Counted from the stretch's first letter, positions 18,796 through 29,098 are shown. The stretch is DNA of 64,000 nt from an uncultured Ignavibacteriales bacterium (GCA_964520865.1 CAZFOY010000010.1:4303-68302); one strand, 5' to 3'. Program-made: numbers and translations. The notes: generated from the sequence alone by a model not told the origin.

Positions 18796-19456
18796 AATTT
18801 ATCTCCGCCTGAGATTTTTGTAGATACAGCGGTTCCAACGTGACCAGATCATCGGCTTCTCCCCGCGACAATTTCTCGGATCCCAGAAGAATCAACTCGC
18901 TGGAGTCATAGCCGATATCGGACGAGAGATCCGGACCGGTTATCTGCCATTCCGGGGAAACCTCTATTCCGTAGACTGCGATCGGTCCGTTATTGGATTC
19001 GCGTGCAAGATCACGTGCTTTGACGACGCTGATTCCGTTATGGTCGTACTCCCCCGAATTTACGGTGGTGACAAAGAACTCATCCCGTTTCAACGGCACA
19101 GCTACCGTAACCGCTTCACTTCTGTCTCGCAGGCGATAGGCGGCTATCTCAAACAGGTTGACTCCGACCATGGGGAGACCAAGTGACACAGCTACCCCCT
19201 TGCCCGCCGCGATCCCGATCCGCAAACCCGTGAATGATCCCGGTCCGGTCGCCACGACGATCGCATCAAGATCCGTCTTCGCTAATCCTGCCGACTGAAA
19301 CAACTCGCCAATCTTTTTCACGATTATCTGTCCGTGCGACTGATCGACGACTTCGGAAGACTTCACGAGCCGATCACCTCCGAACCGGAGTCCGAGGTTC
19401 AGTCGGCTGGTCGATGTATCGATGCCGAGGATGTTCTTTTCGCTGTAGTCGGTCAT
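18773..19456 (-). CDS. tsaB: tRNA t6A biosynthesis protein TsaB
   Basis: ILGIDTS, GPGSFTGLRIG, LEPLYL. Confidence 0.93.
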   Translation of the reverse strand: MTDYSEKNILGIDTSTSRLNLGLRFGGDRLVKSSEVVDQSHGQIIVKKIGELFQSAGLAKTDLDAIVVATGPGSFTGLRIGIAAGKGVAVSLGLPMVGVNLFEIAAYRLRDRSEAVTVAVPLKRDEFFVTTVNSGEYDHNGISVVKARDLARESNNGPIAVYGIEVSPEWQITGPDLSSDIGYDSSELILLGSEKLSRGEADDLVTLEPLYLQKSQAEINFELRHKK

Positions 19457-19887
19457 GGTTCGATATAAGAGATTTCGATTTGTCGTTCCGATTCACCGCT
19501 CACGGCGAAAGTGATCAGGTAGTACCGTTCCGGTAGATACTCATGTGCCTTCTCCCCCCACTCCACGATTACAATTCCGTCCCGGCCGGCGTACTCGTCC
19601 CATCCGATTTCGTAAAGTTCTTCGGGGTTCTCCAGACGGTACAAGTCAAAGTGATAGAGTGGTCGTGATCCCGGATATTCGTTAACCAGCGTGAACGATG
19701 GTGAGTTCACGAGTGATTCATCGATTCCCAGCGCCGCCGCCAGGCCCTTGACAAAGACCGTCTTTCCGGCGCCCAATCGACCTTCCAGGACGATGACATC
19801 GCCGCTCTTGAAGTACGAGACCAGCTTGCCGGCCAATGCGATAGTCTCCGCTTCCGAATGCGAAACTATGTTCAGAATCTTTCCCAC
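19453..19887 (-). CDS. tsaE: tRNA t6A biosynthesis ATPase TsaE
   Basis: GRLGAGKT, VNSPSFTLVNEY, LYHFDLYRL, IVEWGE. Confidence 0.96.
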   Translation of the reverse strand: MGKILNIVSHSEAETIALAGKLVSYFKSGDVIVLEGRLGAGKTVFVKGLAAALGIDESLVNSPSFTLVNEYPGSRPLYHFDLYRLENPEELYEIGWDEYAGRDGIVIVEWGEKAHEYLPERYYLITFAVSGESERQIEISYIEP

Positions 19888-19890
19888 GTT

Positions 19891-21456
19891 CTACTTGGGC
19901 GTAAGCACCGAAATCGGTACGACCATTTCCTCCAGTGAAATACCGCCGTGCTGGAACGAGTTCTGGAAGAACCGAACCATCTCGTTGTAATTGTTCGGAT
20001 ATACGAAGTAAAAGTCATCCTTCGCAATTATAAATGTCGTCGCCAGATTAAGCGACGGCAAACGCCATTGCTCCGGCTTCTTGATCAGAATGGAGTCTTT
20101 CGGATCAGAATTGAGATTATCTCCGTACTTGTATCGAAGATTTGTCGACGTTGTCCGCTTGCCGTGAGCCATCGTTCCCCGGCGGCATAAGACGGAACCG
20201 TGATCCGATGTGACTATCACCTTGTAACCCTGGGTGGCGAATGATTTGAGAATGGTAAACAATGATGAATGAGTGAACCATGTTTTCATCAGCGAACGGA
20301 AAGCCGCCTCGGTGCCGGCAATCTCTTTCAGGATGACGTTGTTCGACCGGCCGTGCACGAGTATATCGAGGAAGTTGAAAACGATGCTGACCAGGGGGAA
20401 CTCGTAAAAGTCAGCCAGCCGCTTGGCGAGGGCGTCGGCTTCGGTGTTGTTATTTACTTTGAGATACTTGATTTTCTTCTCGTAGCGAATACCGTGTCGG
20501 GCCAGATTGTCGATCAGGAACTTCTCTTCGTGGCGATTGAGCGACCCCTCGTCCTGTTCGAGATAAGTATCGGGATACATCCGGTGAATCTCATCCGGAA
20601 AGAGCCCTGAGAAAAGGGCATTTCGGGCAAACGGTGTGGCACTTGGAAGAAGTGAAAAATAGTAGTCGCGTTGAATATTGAAAAACTCCGCCAGCAACGG
20701 CTCCACCAGCATCCATTGATCAAGGCGCATGCAATCCACGATCACAAAGAGCACTTTGTGCTCTTTCTTCACCTCCGGTATAAGGTATTTCGCCGTCACA
20801 TCCGGTGACATCACCGGTCTTCGATCCTTGAACAGCCACTTCTTATACTGGCTCTCAACGTACTTGGTAAACTCGTTATTCCACTCCTTGCGCGTTCCCT
20901 CGAGCGTCTGCTCCAACCCGACATCGGCGTTTTCATCGAGTTCAAGGCTCCACCAGGCGAGGATGCGCGTTGCCTCCTGCCAGTCCTCCGGTTCCAAGGC
21001 ACCGTATAGTTTCTGATTGAAGCGGTTCATCTCGGTGACGTACCGTTTCATTGACGAAGTACTGATGATCTTCCGGGCGTCCAGCAGCCGCTTAATTACG
21101 AGAAGGATCTGCGACGGATTAACCGGTTTGACAAGGTAATCGTCGATCTTCTGGCCGATCGCCTCGTCCATCAACGATTCCTCTTCGGACTTCGTCACCA
21201 TTACGACGGTGAGATGCGGATCGATGTCTTTGATTTCTTCGAGTGTGGTAAGGCCGTCCTTGCCGGGCATTACCTCATCGAGCAGTACCATGTCGAAATT
21301 CTCGCGCGAGACCAGCTCGACGGCGTCGTCCCCGGACATCGCCGTGGTTACGTCGAATCCTCGCTTCTCGAGAAAGAGGATGTGCGGTTTCAGTGATTCG
21401 ATCTCGTCATCGACCCAGAGTATTTTCTTAAGCGGAGCCTGTTTGTTCATCGACAA
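19891..21456 (-). CDS. porX: PorX-like response regulator with PglZ (alkaline-phosphatase-fold) phosphodiesterase domain
   Basis: ILWVDDEIESLKPHILFLE REC; VIVDCMRLDQW, LPSATPFARNALFSG, SDHG, FQHGGISLEEMVVP; followed by tsaE as in Bacteroidota. Confidence 0.85.
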   Translation of the reverse strand: MSMNKQAPLKKILWVDDEIESLKPHILFLEKRGFDVTTAMSGDDAVELVSRENFDMVLLDEVMPGKDGLTTLEEIKDIDPHLTVVMVTKSEEESLMDEAIGQKIDDYLVKPVNPSQILLVIKRLLDARKIISTSSMKRYVTEMNRFNQKLYGALEPEDWQEATRILAWWSLELDENADVGLEQTLEGTRKEWNNEFTKYVESQYKKWLFKDRRPVMSPDVTAKYLIPEVKKEHKVLFVIVDCMRLDQWMLVEPLLAEFFNIQRDYYFSLLPSATPFARNALFSGLFPDEIHRMYPDTYLEQDEGSLNRHEEKFLIDNLARHGIRYEKKIKYLKVNNNTEADALAKRLADFYEFPLVSIVFNFLDILVHGRSNNVILKEIAGTEAAFRSLMKTWFTHSSLFTILKSFATQGYKVIVTSDHGSVLCRRGTMAHGKRTTSTNLRYKYGDNLNSDPKDSILIKKPEQWRLPSLNLATTFIIAKDDFYFVYPNNYNEMVRFFQNSFQHGGISLEEMVVPISVLTPK

Positions 21457-21459
21457 TCC

Positions 21460-22722
21460 TTATGCATTATTGGCGACCGGCAGGTAGATTTCGAAGATTG
21501 TTTCACCCGGCCGCGATTTCTTGAGTATCACTCGTCCGGCATGATACTCCTCGATAATTCTCTTTACGAGCGTAAGCCCCAGACCCCACCCGCGTTTCTT
21601 GGTCGTAAAGCCGGCGCGAAAGATCTTCCTCGCGGCGGCTGTAGTAATACCCTGTCCGTTGTCCTTTATCTCGCAGGCCACCCAATGACTTCCGGGAGGG
21701 CACGAGGTAACCAGTGTGATTACGCCTGTTCGTGAATCAACCGCCTGCAACGCGTTCTTCATCATATTCTCCAGCGCCCAGCCGAACAGTTCCGGGTTGA
21801 GATTGACCATCGGGATACGGGAGGACTCGAATAAAATGCGGATACCCTTCCCCTCGAATGGCAGCCTTCTCGAGTAATAGTCGACCGTCTCCTGCACGAT
21901 TCCATTCAGATCGCAAGGAACGAGGTCGGGAATTGAACCGATTTTACCGAACCGATTGGCCACTTTTTGAAGGCGGACGACATCGACTTTCATATTGCCG
22001 AGGGTATCATCGACCAGTTTCTTCTGATCGTCCGAAAAACATTCCCGCTCCGAATCCATCACTTCGAGCCAGCCCATCAGCGATGAGATCGGCGTCCCTA
22101 ATTGATGAGCCGTCTCCTTCGCCATCCCGACCCAGATATGTCGCTCTTCGCTTCGCCGGATATTTTGGAATCCGATTATCGCAACCGCCATGAACGCGAG
22201 AATGATACCGATCTCCACGAACGGCATCATTTTGAGCTGGTTGATTACTTTCGAATCGCCGTAGAGCAGGTAATTCACGAAGGTGTCGGGGCCGTTCTCG
22301 TACATCAGGGGGAACTCGCCGTTTGCATGAAGCATCTGATGGGCTACCTGCTTGAGATACTCCCGCGTTGCCGCCGTTGTATCGTCGGGCTCGATGTGAT
22401 CGACATTCCGCGAATGAATCGGTTCGCGATCTTGATCGAGCACGATAATGGGAAAGTTCGCCTTCACGATGATTTCATCGAAGATAAACTGGAGTTCGGT
22501 ACCGGCGACATTCGAATTGGCGGCAAGCTGCCACATCTTGACGTACTTCTCTACATTGGACCGGGTGTCCTCTTTGAGCTTGTCGATGACGTTGAAAGTA
22601 TACCAGATGAATACCCCGGAAATAAGCAGTACTCCGCCGAGGAGAAACATCTTGAAGATGGTCGACTTCCCGACATAGAGCGAGTCGACCGATCGTCGGG
22701 CTCGTGAAGGCGTCTGGGACAT
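21460..22722 (-). CDS. PorY-like membrane sensor histidine kinase
   Basis: Two TM segments; IWVGMAKETAHQLGTPISSL H-box typical of PorY-like kinases; GFTTKKRGWGLGLTL; ATG overlaps the serS stop (TAATG). Confidence 0.8.
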   Translation of the reverse strand: MSQTPSRARRSVDSLYVGKSTIFKMFLLGGVLLISGVFIWYTFNVIDKLKEDTRSNVEKYVKMWQLAANSNVAGTELQFIFDEIIVKANFPIIVLDQDREPIHSRNVDHIEPDDTTAATREYLKQVAHQMLHANGEFPLMYENGPDTFVNYLLYGDSKVINQLKMMPFVEIGIILAFMAVAIIGFQNIRRSEERHIWVGMAKETAHQLGTPISSLMGWLEVMDSERECFSDDQKKLVDDTLGNMKVDVVRLQKVANRFGKIGSIPDLVPCDLNGIVQETVDYYSRRLPFEGKGIRILFESSRIPMVNLNPELFGWALENMMKNALQAVDSRTGVITLVTSCPPGSHWVACEIKDNGQGITTAAARKIFRAGFTTKKRGWGLGLTLVKRIIEEYHAGRVILKKSRPGETIFEIYLPVANNA

Positions 22723-23987
22723 TAACCTATCTTTTCCATGCCACCCATGTAGGGCCGCAGGACTTCGGGAATAGTAACCGACCCGTCAGGGTTCTGATAG
22801 TTCTCGAGTATCGCCGGAATCAGGCGGGCCAAAGCAGTGCCCGAGCCATTAAGCGTGTGCGGGTGCTTGACCTGGCGATCTTCGTCGCGGAATCGGCAAT
22901 TCATCCGTCTCGCCTGGAAATCTTCGAAATTAGAAACCGATGAGATCTCCAAATACTTCTGCACTCCGGCCGCCCACAGTTCGATATCATAGCATTTGGC
23001 CGCCGCAAAAGAGAGATCACCGCTGGCGAGAGTGCTGATTCGATAGGGGATTTTCAATCCCTGAAGCACCTTCTCAGCCTGTTTGAGCAGCGATTCGAGT
23101 TCGTCGTACGATGACTCCGGGCGAACGATCTTGACCAGCTCGACCTTCTCGAACTGGTGCAACCGGATCATCCCCCGCGTGTCTTTACCGGCTGCCCCTG
23201 CCTCGCGCCGGAAACAAGGCGTGTAGCCAACCATATACAATGGCAGGTCCTTGTAATCCAGAATCGTTTGCTTGTACATATTGGTGATGGGGACTTCGGC
23301 CGTGGGTATCAGGTACATATCATCAGCTTCGATCCGATACATATCGTCGGCCAGCTTCGGGAGCTGTCCGGTCCCATACATCGTATCTGCAGTCACGATG
23401 AACGGAGGCGCGACCTCGGTGAAACCGCCGGCAATATGTGTGTCGAGCATATAGTTTATGAGTGCCCTCTGGAGTCTCGCTCCGACGCCTCGAAGCAGCG
23501 AGAAACCGGAGCCGGACAGATTGGCAGCCGTGGCCAAATCCAGGATGCCGAGCTTCTCACCGATTTCCCAGTGCGGCTTGACGTCAAAGGACGGTTTGGG
23601 TATTTCACCCCACTCGCGAACCACGATGTTTGCCGTTTCGTCCTTGCCTACCGGGACCGATTCGTGCGGGATGTTAGGTATCCAGTCAAGGCGTATCTTG
23701 AGATCATTCTCAAGGTCGCGGAGATCGTTGTCCAGAGCTGTAATATCATCGCCCAGCTGGCGCATGGCAGCAATTGCTTCTTCGGCCGACTCGCCCGCCT
23801 TCTTCTTTTTCGCAATTTCGCCGGAAGCTTTGTTCTTCTCGGCCTTTTTGCTTTCAACCTGTCGGATGAAGTCGCGGCGACGTTCGTCGAGCTTCAGGAT
23901 CGCATCGATATCGCTCTGGTCATTTTTTTTGGCAATTCCGGCTTTTACTAATTCGGGATTCTCCCGGATAAATCTCAAATCAAGCAT
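22722..23987 (-). CDS. serS: Serine--tRNA ligase
   Basis: MLDLRFIREN, IPNIPHESVPVG, LIPTAEVP, CFRREAG, RLHQFEKVE, HTLNGSG. Confidence 0.97.
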   Translation of the reverse strand: MLDLRFIRENPELVKAGIAKKNDQSDIDAILKLDERRRDFIRQVESKKAEKNKASGEIAKKKKAGESAEEAIAAMRQLGDDITALDNDLRDLENDLKIRLDWIPNIPHESVPVGKDETANIVVREWGEIPKPSFDVKPHWEIGEKLGILDLATAANLSGSGFSLLRGVGARLQRALINYMLDTHIAGGFTEVAPPFIVTADTMYGTGQLPKLADDMYRIEADDMYLIPTAEVPITNMYKQTILDYKDLPLYMVGYTPCFRREAGAAGKDTRGMIRLHQFEKVELVKIVRPESSYDELESLLKQAEKVLQGLKIPYRISTLASGDLSFAAAKCYDIELWAAGVQKYLEISSVSNFEDFQARRMNCRFRDEDRQVKHPHTLNGSGTALARLIPAILENYQNPDGSVTIPEVLRPYMGGMEKIG

Positions 23988-24042
23988 GGTAGTCCTGTCG
24001 GTTACTGTTTACTGGGCACAAGAGCAGCAATGAGTTCGGAAA

Positions 24043-24071
24043 AGTATAACGTAATCAAGAAAGTATGTCAA
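24043..24071 (-). promoter_or_regulatory. Near-consensus sigma-70 promoter of the serS operon
   Basis: TTGACA 24071-24066, 17-nt spacer, TATACT 24048-24043. Confidence 0.8.
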
Positions 24072-24226
24072 TTACAACGATTTACGCTCGTCTGACCGCT
24101 CCGGAATCGGCCCGGCGGCTAACCTCTTATACCCCAGAAAAATGGCCCGGGCCCAAGAATCTGCTTGCCTTTTTGACGCAGGTTTGTAGATTGTAAGACT
24201 TTACGAAAAAGGAGTTGATTCGACTA

Positions 24227-24448
24227 ATGGCCAAAGTATGTGACATATGCGGGAAGAAGCCGGTCGCCGGGCGGAATGTTTCGCACGCCCACAATATTAC
24301 CAATCGCCGGTTCGTCCCGAACCTTCAAAAAGTACGGGCTCTGCAGAACGGCGTCCCGAAACGGCTGACCGTCTGTACTTCCTGCCTGAAAGCCGGCAAG
24401 GTTATCAAGAATATCAAGACGAAGAAGACTACCGTCACGCCGGCCTAA
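24227..24448 (+). CDS. rpmB: 50S ribosomal protein L28 (Zn-ligand-containing form)
   Basis: [35 protein letters not shown]. Confidence 0.95.
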   Translation: MAKVCDICGKKPVAGRNVSHAHNITNRRFVPNLQKVRALQNGVPKRLTVCTSCLKAGKVIKNIKTKKTTVTPA

Positions 24449-24482
24449 ATCTCACATTACGGATTAATCTGTGATTTCCAGG

Positions 24483-24507
24483 AAAAACCGCCCTCGGCGG
24501 TTTTTTT
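24483..24507 (+). terminator. Intrinsic terminator of rpmB
   Basis: aaaaaccgcc-ctc-ggcggttttt followed by T7. Confidence 0.8.
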
Positions 24508-24533
24508 GTTTCAAGACAGAATCGAAGTGCAAT

Positions 24534-24565
24534 AAAAAACCGCCGGGGGGAGCAAACCCGGCGGT
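24534..24565 (-). terminator. Intrinsic terminator of the flagellin-like gene
   Basis: 9-bp stem accgccggg 24539-24547/cccggcggt 24557-24565, then a T tract on the minus strand. Confidence 0.75.
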
Positions 24566-24610
24566 CCGCACATTGCCGTCCTATAGCACTTGAGGGAGGT
24601 GTCCAGCTAT

Positions 24611-25381
24611 TCAATTGGATTTCAACAATTCCAATACACCACGAGAGCTGATGTTATAATGACTCAGCAAAGCCAACCCGGCTTTGAACTTGAACTGATC
24701 GATGATGAAATTCGAGTACTGCGTGACGTAGTCGGTGTCCCTGACTTGAGACTCCGCCGCTATCAGATTCTCGCGGGTTACCGAGAGTGCAGCGATTCTC
24801 GCTTCGAACTCGTTTTTCTGAGTAGATCCGATGTCAACCTGGACACCGTCAAGGCCGGACGCGGCGGCGTCGATTGTATCGATCGCTTGCGCCGCCGACT
24901 CGGCGCTGGAAAAATCTATTGATGTAAGTTGGTCGACCGAAGCCACCGAACCTTCCGAACCATCGAGCAATTTCTTACCGTTGAACTCGGCGTTTGACAC
25001 CAGATCGTTGTAGGTATTGACAAGTGAGTCGGCAGCGGTCTGATATGCCTGCTGTGCCTCAGGGCTGTTGAGTGCTTCGTTCGAAGCTCCGACTGCGAGC
25101 TGTCGAAGGTTCGTCAGATGCGTGCGAAGTTCGCTGACTGTCGATGATGCAACCTGGTACTTGCCGACCAGGTCTGAGTAGTTCTCGATTTCCTGTTCCA
25201 GCGATCCGATCTGTGAACGAAGCTGCTCGGAGATGACGAGTCCGGCCGGATTGTCCGCCGCCGAGTTGATCTTGAATCCGCTGGAGAGTTTGCTCAGAGA
25301 TGAATACAGCCCCAACCAAGACTGATTAAGAAAGTAGCTGTTCGACTGGATAGTCGAGTCGTTGTACAATGTCATTGACAT
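24611..25381 (-). CDS. Minimal flagellin-like protein (D0/D1 only, about 256 aa)
   Basis: LSKLSSGFKINSAADNPAGLVISEQLRSQI, FNGKKLLDGS, AAESQVRDTDY; SD ggag 6 nt before ATG 25381. Confidence 0.85.
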   Translation of the reverse strand: MSMTLYNDSTIQSNSYFLNQSWLGLYSSLSKLSSGFKINSAADNPAGLVISEQLRSQIGSLEQEIENYSDLVGKYQVASSTVSELRTHLTNLRQLAVGASNEALNSPEAQQAYQTAADSLVNTYNDLVSNAEFNGKKLLDGSEGSVASVDQLTSIDFSSAESAAQAIDTIDAAASGLDGVQVDIGSTQKNEFEARIAALSVTRENLIAAESQVRDTDYVTQYSNFIIDQFKFKAGLALLSHYNISSRGVLELLKSN

Positions 25382-25425
25382 GTTCTTCTCCCTTCCCAGG
25401 CCATACTTGCCCGATGACATACAGC

Positions 25426-25441
25426 AGCAGATTACATACCT
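25426..25441 (-). promoter_or_regulatory. Candidate sigma-54 (-24/-12) promoter of the flagellin-like gene
   Basis: Minus strand aGG-TATGTAATCT-GCt: GG 25440-25439, 10 nt, GC 25428-25427; implied leader about 35 nt. Confidence 0.4.
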
Positions 25442-25659
25442 CTTGAAAGGATATTACTAACCACCTGAAACACAGCCCGTTATGGGCGCAGAGGAAGCCG
25501 CCTCAACTTGCCTCCCGGGTGGAAAGTATAGGGCAGATCCAACAGGAGATCGCCGATACCCCAGTATAATTTTTCCTACCCGGGATATCTTTTCCGTGGT
25601 CGCGAAGGATTTTATGCGTGACGAGCCGAATTTTGATGCGTAGAATTGTTGCAATAACA

Positions 25660-25753
25660 TACCGCCGGCAGGGTAGTTTAGCCGGCGGTACTGTGGAGGA
25701 ACCAAATACAAAGTGGATTAACAGGCTCTGTTGAACCAAAAAAACAGAGCCTG
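25660..25753 (-). terminator. Two perfect hairpins after ftsZ (likely transcript end or stabilising structures)
   Basis: taccgccggc 25660-25669/gccggcggta 25681-25690; caggctctgtt 25722-25732/aacagagcctg 25743-25753. U-tracts are weak. Confidence 0.5.
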
Positions 25754-25779
25754 CTGTTTTTGGTTGTCTTTCTTACGGT

Positions 25780-27123
25780 CTACTGATTTTCATCCAGCCT
25801 TCTTATGTATGCCGGAATAGTCCGATCATGTTCCGAGAACAGCGGCACGCGGTTCCGTCCCATCGACGAATGTCCGTTACCGTTTCCGTTGTTGCTCTCG
25901 CTCTGCATGACATAGGTCCGTTCCGGTTGGTAGCTTCTTTCCACCCGATAGCTGTCGTCCTGCTGGTAGTTGTGCTCAGGTTCGTAGGTGCGAACCGGTT
26001 CCTGTTGAGGAGTTGAGAAAGCCGGCTGCACGGGCGGTGCCGGGCGCGGCTCCGGGTTGCGCACAAACTCGGTTTCAGAGAACAGAGATATCGGTTTTGC
26101 CGGTTTGGACTCCGCGGCCTTAGCGGTTTCCCTCACAGCCTTTTCGTCGGAATCGCCAAAACCGGTCGCAATGACGGTGACACGCATCTGATCGCTTAAC
26201 GACGGATCTATGACAGCGCCGAATATGATATTGGCGTCTTCGCCAGCCGCTTCATAGATCAGCGAAGTGGCAGTATTGACGTCATAAAGCGACATATCTT
26301 CACCGCCGGTGATGTTGATCAACACACCTTTAGCTCCCGAAATCGAGACATTCTCGAGCAGGGGAGATGAAATCGCCATCTGCGCCGCCTCGATCGCTTT
26401 TTCTTCGCCCTGACCGATACCGGTTCCCATAAGGGCGTCTCCCCCTTCGCGCATCACTGTGCGCACGTCGGCGAAGTCGCAGTTGATCAGACCGGGAATG
26501 GTAATGAGATCGGAGATTCCTTTGGTCGCCTGATACAGGACTTCGTCGGCCGTCGCGAACGCCCTGGAGAGCGAGGTTTTCTTGTCGACGATTTCGAGGA
26601 GCCGTTCGTTCGGAATCGTTATGAGCGTATCGACTTTGGATTTGAGTTCAGCGAGACCCTGATCGGCGCGTTCGATTCTCTTGCGCCCTTCGAAACTGAA
26701 CGGTTTGGTAACGATTGCCACCGTGAGTGCGCCCGCCGCTTTGGCTATCTCCGCTACCATGGGAGCGGCTCCGGTGCCGGTGCCACCGCCCATTCCGGCC
26801 GTTATGAACACCAGATTCGGTTTGCCGATTGCGTCGCTTATTTCCTGACGGCTTTCCTCGGCTGCCCGTTTTCCGACATCCGGATTCGCTCCGGCGCCCA
26901 GTCCACCGGTGACATCATTTCCGATCTGTACTTTTGTCTCGGCACGGTTCTGGTCGAGCACCTGGGCATCGGTATTGATCGCAAGAAACTCCACTCCTTT
27001 GAGATTTGCCTCGATCATCCGATTGACGGCGTTACCGCCGCCGCCGCCTACACCGGCGACTTTGATGTTCGCGTAGCCGATAAAATCCTCGGCGAAGCTG
27101 AAGCTGTGCCTTTCTGGTGTCAT
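25780..27123 (-). CDS. ftsZ: Cell division protein FtsZ
   Basis: [22 protein letters not shown] tubulin motif, NCDFAD, C-terminal IPAYIRR; SD aggagg before ATG 27123. Confidence 0.98.
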   Translation of the reverse strand: MTPERHSFSFAEDFIGYANIKVAGVGGGGGNAVNRMIEANLKGVEFLAINTDAQVLDQNRAETKVQIGNDVTGGLGAGANPDVGKRAAEESRQEISDAIGKPNLVFITAGMGGGTGTGAAPMVAEIAKAAGALTVAIVTKPFSFEGRKRIERADQGLAELKSKVDTLITIPNERLLEIVDKKTSLSRAFATADEVLYQATKGISDLITIPGLINCDFADVRTVMREGGDALMGTGIGQGEEKAIEAAQMAISSPLLENVSISGAKGVLINITGGEDMSLYDVNTATSLIYEAAGEDANIIFGAVIDPSLSDQMRVTVIATGFGDSDEKAVRETAKAAESKPAKPISLFSETEFVRNPEPRPAPPVQPAFSTPQQEPVRTYEPEHNYQQDDSYRVERSYQPERTYVMQSESNNGNGNGHSSMGRNRVPLFSEHDRTIPAYIRRLDENQ

Positions 27124-27149
27124 GGTTCGTTCCTCCTGAACAGGTCTCA

Positions 27150-28373
27150 CTAAAATTGTTTAGTTATCCAATTTTCAAATTTCTTGAGCAGGCCCTTCAC
27201 GCCGCTTCCGCGCGATCCCTTGCTCGGTTCGTGATGGAACCCGTAAGCAAGGAGTCCGTGAGCGGTCGCGTAGCCGACATTATTGATTTCATCCGGAGTG
27301 TGTTCGATACGTTCGATCCGACCCAACCGGACCGGCATATCGAAAATCTGCTCGGCGAGTTCCACCGTGCCGTCGAGCAACGCTCCGCCTCCCGACAGCA
27401 CGATTCCGGCCGCCGGCATGTCATGTATTCCGGCCTTCTTGATTTCGCGGTCCACGAGCGAGAAGATCTCTTCCATTCGCGGTTCGATTATCGATGCGAG
27501 GACATTGCGCGAGACTTCCTTGTCCGGACGCATGAGCGCCCCGCCGACAACTATCATATCTTCGGGATCGACCATCGAGGCAAGCGCACAACCGTGCGAC
27601 AGTTTGAGTTCTTCCGCCTGATCGACCGACGTACGAAGGCCAATGGCTATATCGTTAGTTACATTTTTGCTTCCAAGGGAGACAACGCCGGTGTATCGGA
27701 TGGCATCGTCGTAAAAGACCGAGATATTCGTAATGTCACCGCCAATATCGACAATAATCACGCCTGATTGCATCTCGGCCTCGGTGAGCTGCACTCGGGA
27801 CAGCGCGAGTGACTCGAGGACCATATGATCGACGCCCAGATTGCACCGTTCCAGCGCGCGATAGATATTCTTCGCCGAAGTCACCGACGCAGTCACTATG
27901 TGCGCCTCAACTTCAAGCCTCACGCCGGTCATGCCGACCGGGTCTTTGATGCCGTCCTGCTCGTCGACCGAGTACTCCTGCGGAATGACGTGTATGATCT
28001 CACGATCCACTGGAATAGCGACTGCACGAGCGGCATCGATCGCTTTGTTGACATCCTGCGAAGTAATCTCGTTGTCGGTTCGACTGACCGCGACGACACC
28101 GTGGCTGTTAATGGAGCGAATATGCTCACCGGCGATTCCAACCGTCACCCGGTCGATCTCCGTTCCGGACACGAGCTGAGTATCGTCAATCGCTTTCCGA
28201 ATCGATGTGACTGTCTTTTCCATGTCAACCACTATACCGCGACGAAGTCCTTCGGCCGGCGAGTTGCCGTGACCGATGACATAGATATGTCCGTTCTCAT
28301 CCATCTCACCGACGAGGCAGACAATCTTGGTCGTGCCAATGTCCAGGGCGGCTATGATATTCTCGGTTGCCAT
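27150..28373 (-). CDS. ftsA: Cell division protein FtsA
   Basis: [43 protein letters not shown]. Confidence 0.96.
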   Translation of the reverse strand: MATENIIAALDIGTTKIVCLVGEMDENGHIYVIGHGNSPAEGLRRGIVVDMEKTVTSIRKAIDDTQLVSGTEIDRVTVGIAGEHIRSINSHGVVAVSRTDNEITSQDVNKAIDAARAVAIPVDREIIHVIPQEYSVDEQDGIKDPVGMTGVRLEVEAHIVTASVTSAKNIYRALERCNLGVDHMVLESLALSRVQLTEAEMQSGVIIVDIGGDITNISVFYDDAIRYTGVVSLGSKNVTNDIAIGLRTSVDQAEELKLSHGCALASMVDPEDMIVVGGALMRPDKEVSRNVLASIIEPRMEEIFSLVDREIKKAGIHDMPAAGIVLSGGGALLDGTVELAEQIFDMPVRLGRIERIEHTPDEINNVGYATAHGLLAYGFHHEPSKGSRGSGVKGLLKKFENWITKQF

Positions 28374-28375
28374 GC

Positions 28376-29098
28376 TCAGTGCTTACCTCGTGCACAAATG
28401 ATCATATCATCGAATCTCAGGTCCATCAGGGTGACGTCGGAGAGATCCGGATTGAACCGGCTGACGAACTCCACGAACTTGTGTATATCGTCGGCCAGCG
28501 TCTCGGCATGAACCTTCAATCTGTACGGCAGACCGGCGACCGACACTTTCAGGAAATTGCTGTTGCCGAAATCGATTTCGTCGATAAGTCTGTACAAGTC
28601 GATCGTTTTCTCACGGATCTGTTGAAGCTGCCTGACCACTACGTCGACCCGATCGTCTTCGCTGTGACCGAACAGCCGACCGGCCCCAACCGAAGTCAAC
28701 ACCGGATGCTCCCAATCGACTTCGCAGTTGTCGAGGTCCACGATGCGTCCGGACTTCAGCACGCCGTACAGTTGGCCCGAATAGCGGTCGGCAAGGAAGC
28801 TGACCGGATCGAAGTTGTTGGTCCGGATATCGAGTTCCTGCGGGAATTTGTAGGAAATATCGACTTTGAATATCGACCGTTTGGTGATAAGCTCTCGGGC
28901 AAGACTGTCTACCGGCTGACTGATCAGCGGACTGGAGTCGTCGAGCCCATACTTTGCATCCCATCCCGAAATTTCAGAGCTGTTGTACGTAACCTTGCTG
29001 AGGCGGCACGCGCTCGTATACTTGACGGTTACGAGCAGAGTGACGCCGACTACGGTTGCGGCAAGCAGGATTATCTTGAACCGAGTACTGAGTCTCAT
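28376..29098 (-). CDS. ftsQ: Cell division protein FtsQ/DivIB
   Basis: Single N-terminal TM, C-terminal MDLRF motif, position between murC and ftsA. Confidence 0.8.
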   Translation of the reverse strand: MRLSTRFKIILLAATVVGVTLLVTVKYTSACRLSKVTYNSSEISGWDAKYGLDDSSPLISQPVDSLARELITKRSIFKVDISYKFPQELDIRTNNFDPVSFLADRYSGQLYGVLKSGRIVDLDNCEVDWEHPVLTSVGAGRLFGHSEDDRVDVVVRQLQQIREKTIDLYRLIDEIDFGNSNFLKVSVAGLPYRLKVHAETLADDIHKFVEFVSRFNPDLSDVTLMDLRFDDMIICARGKH

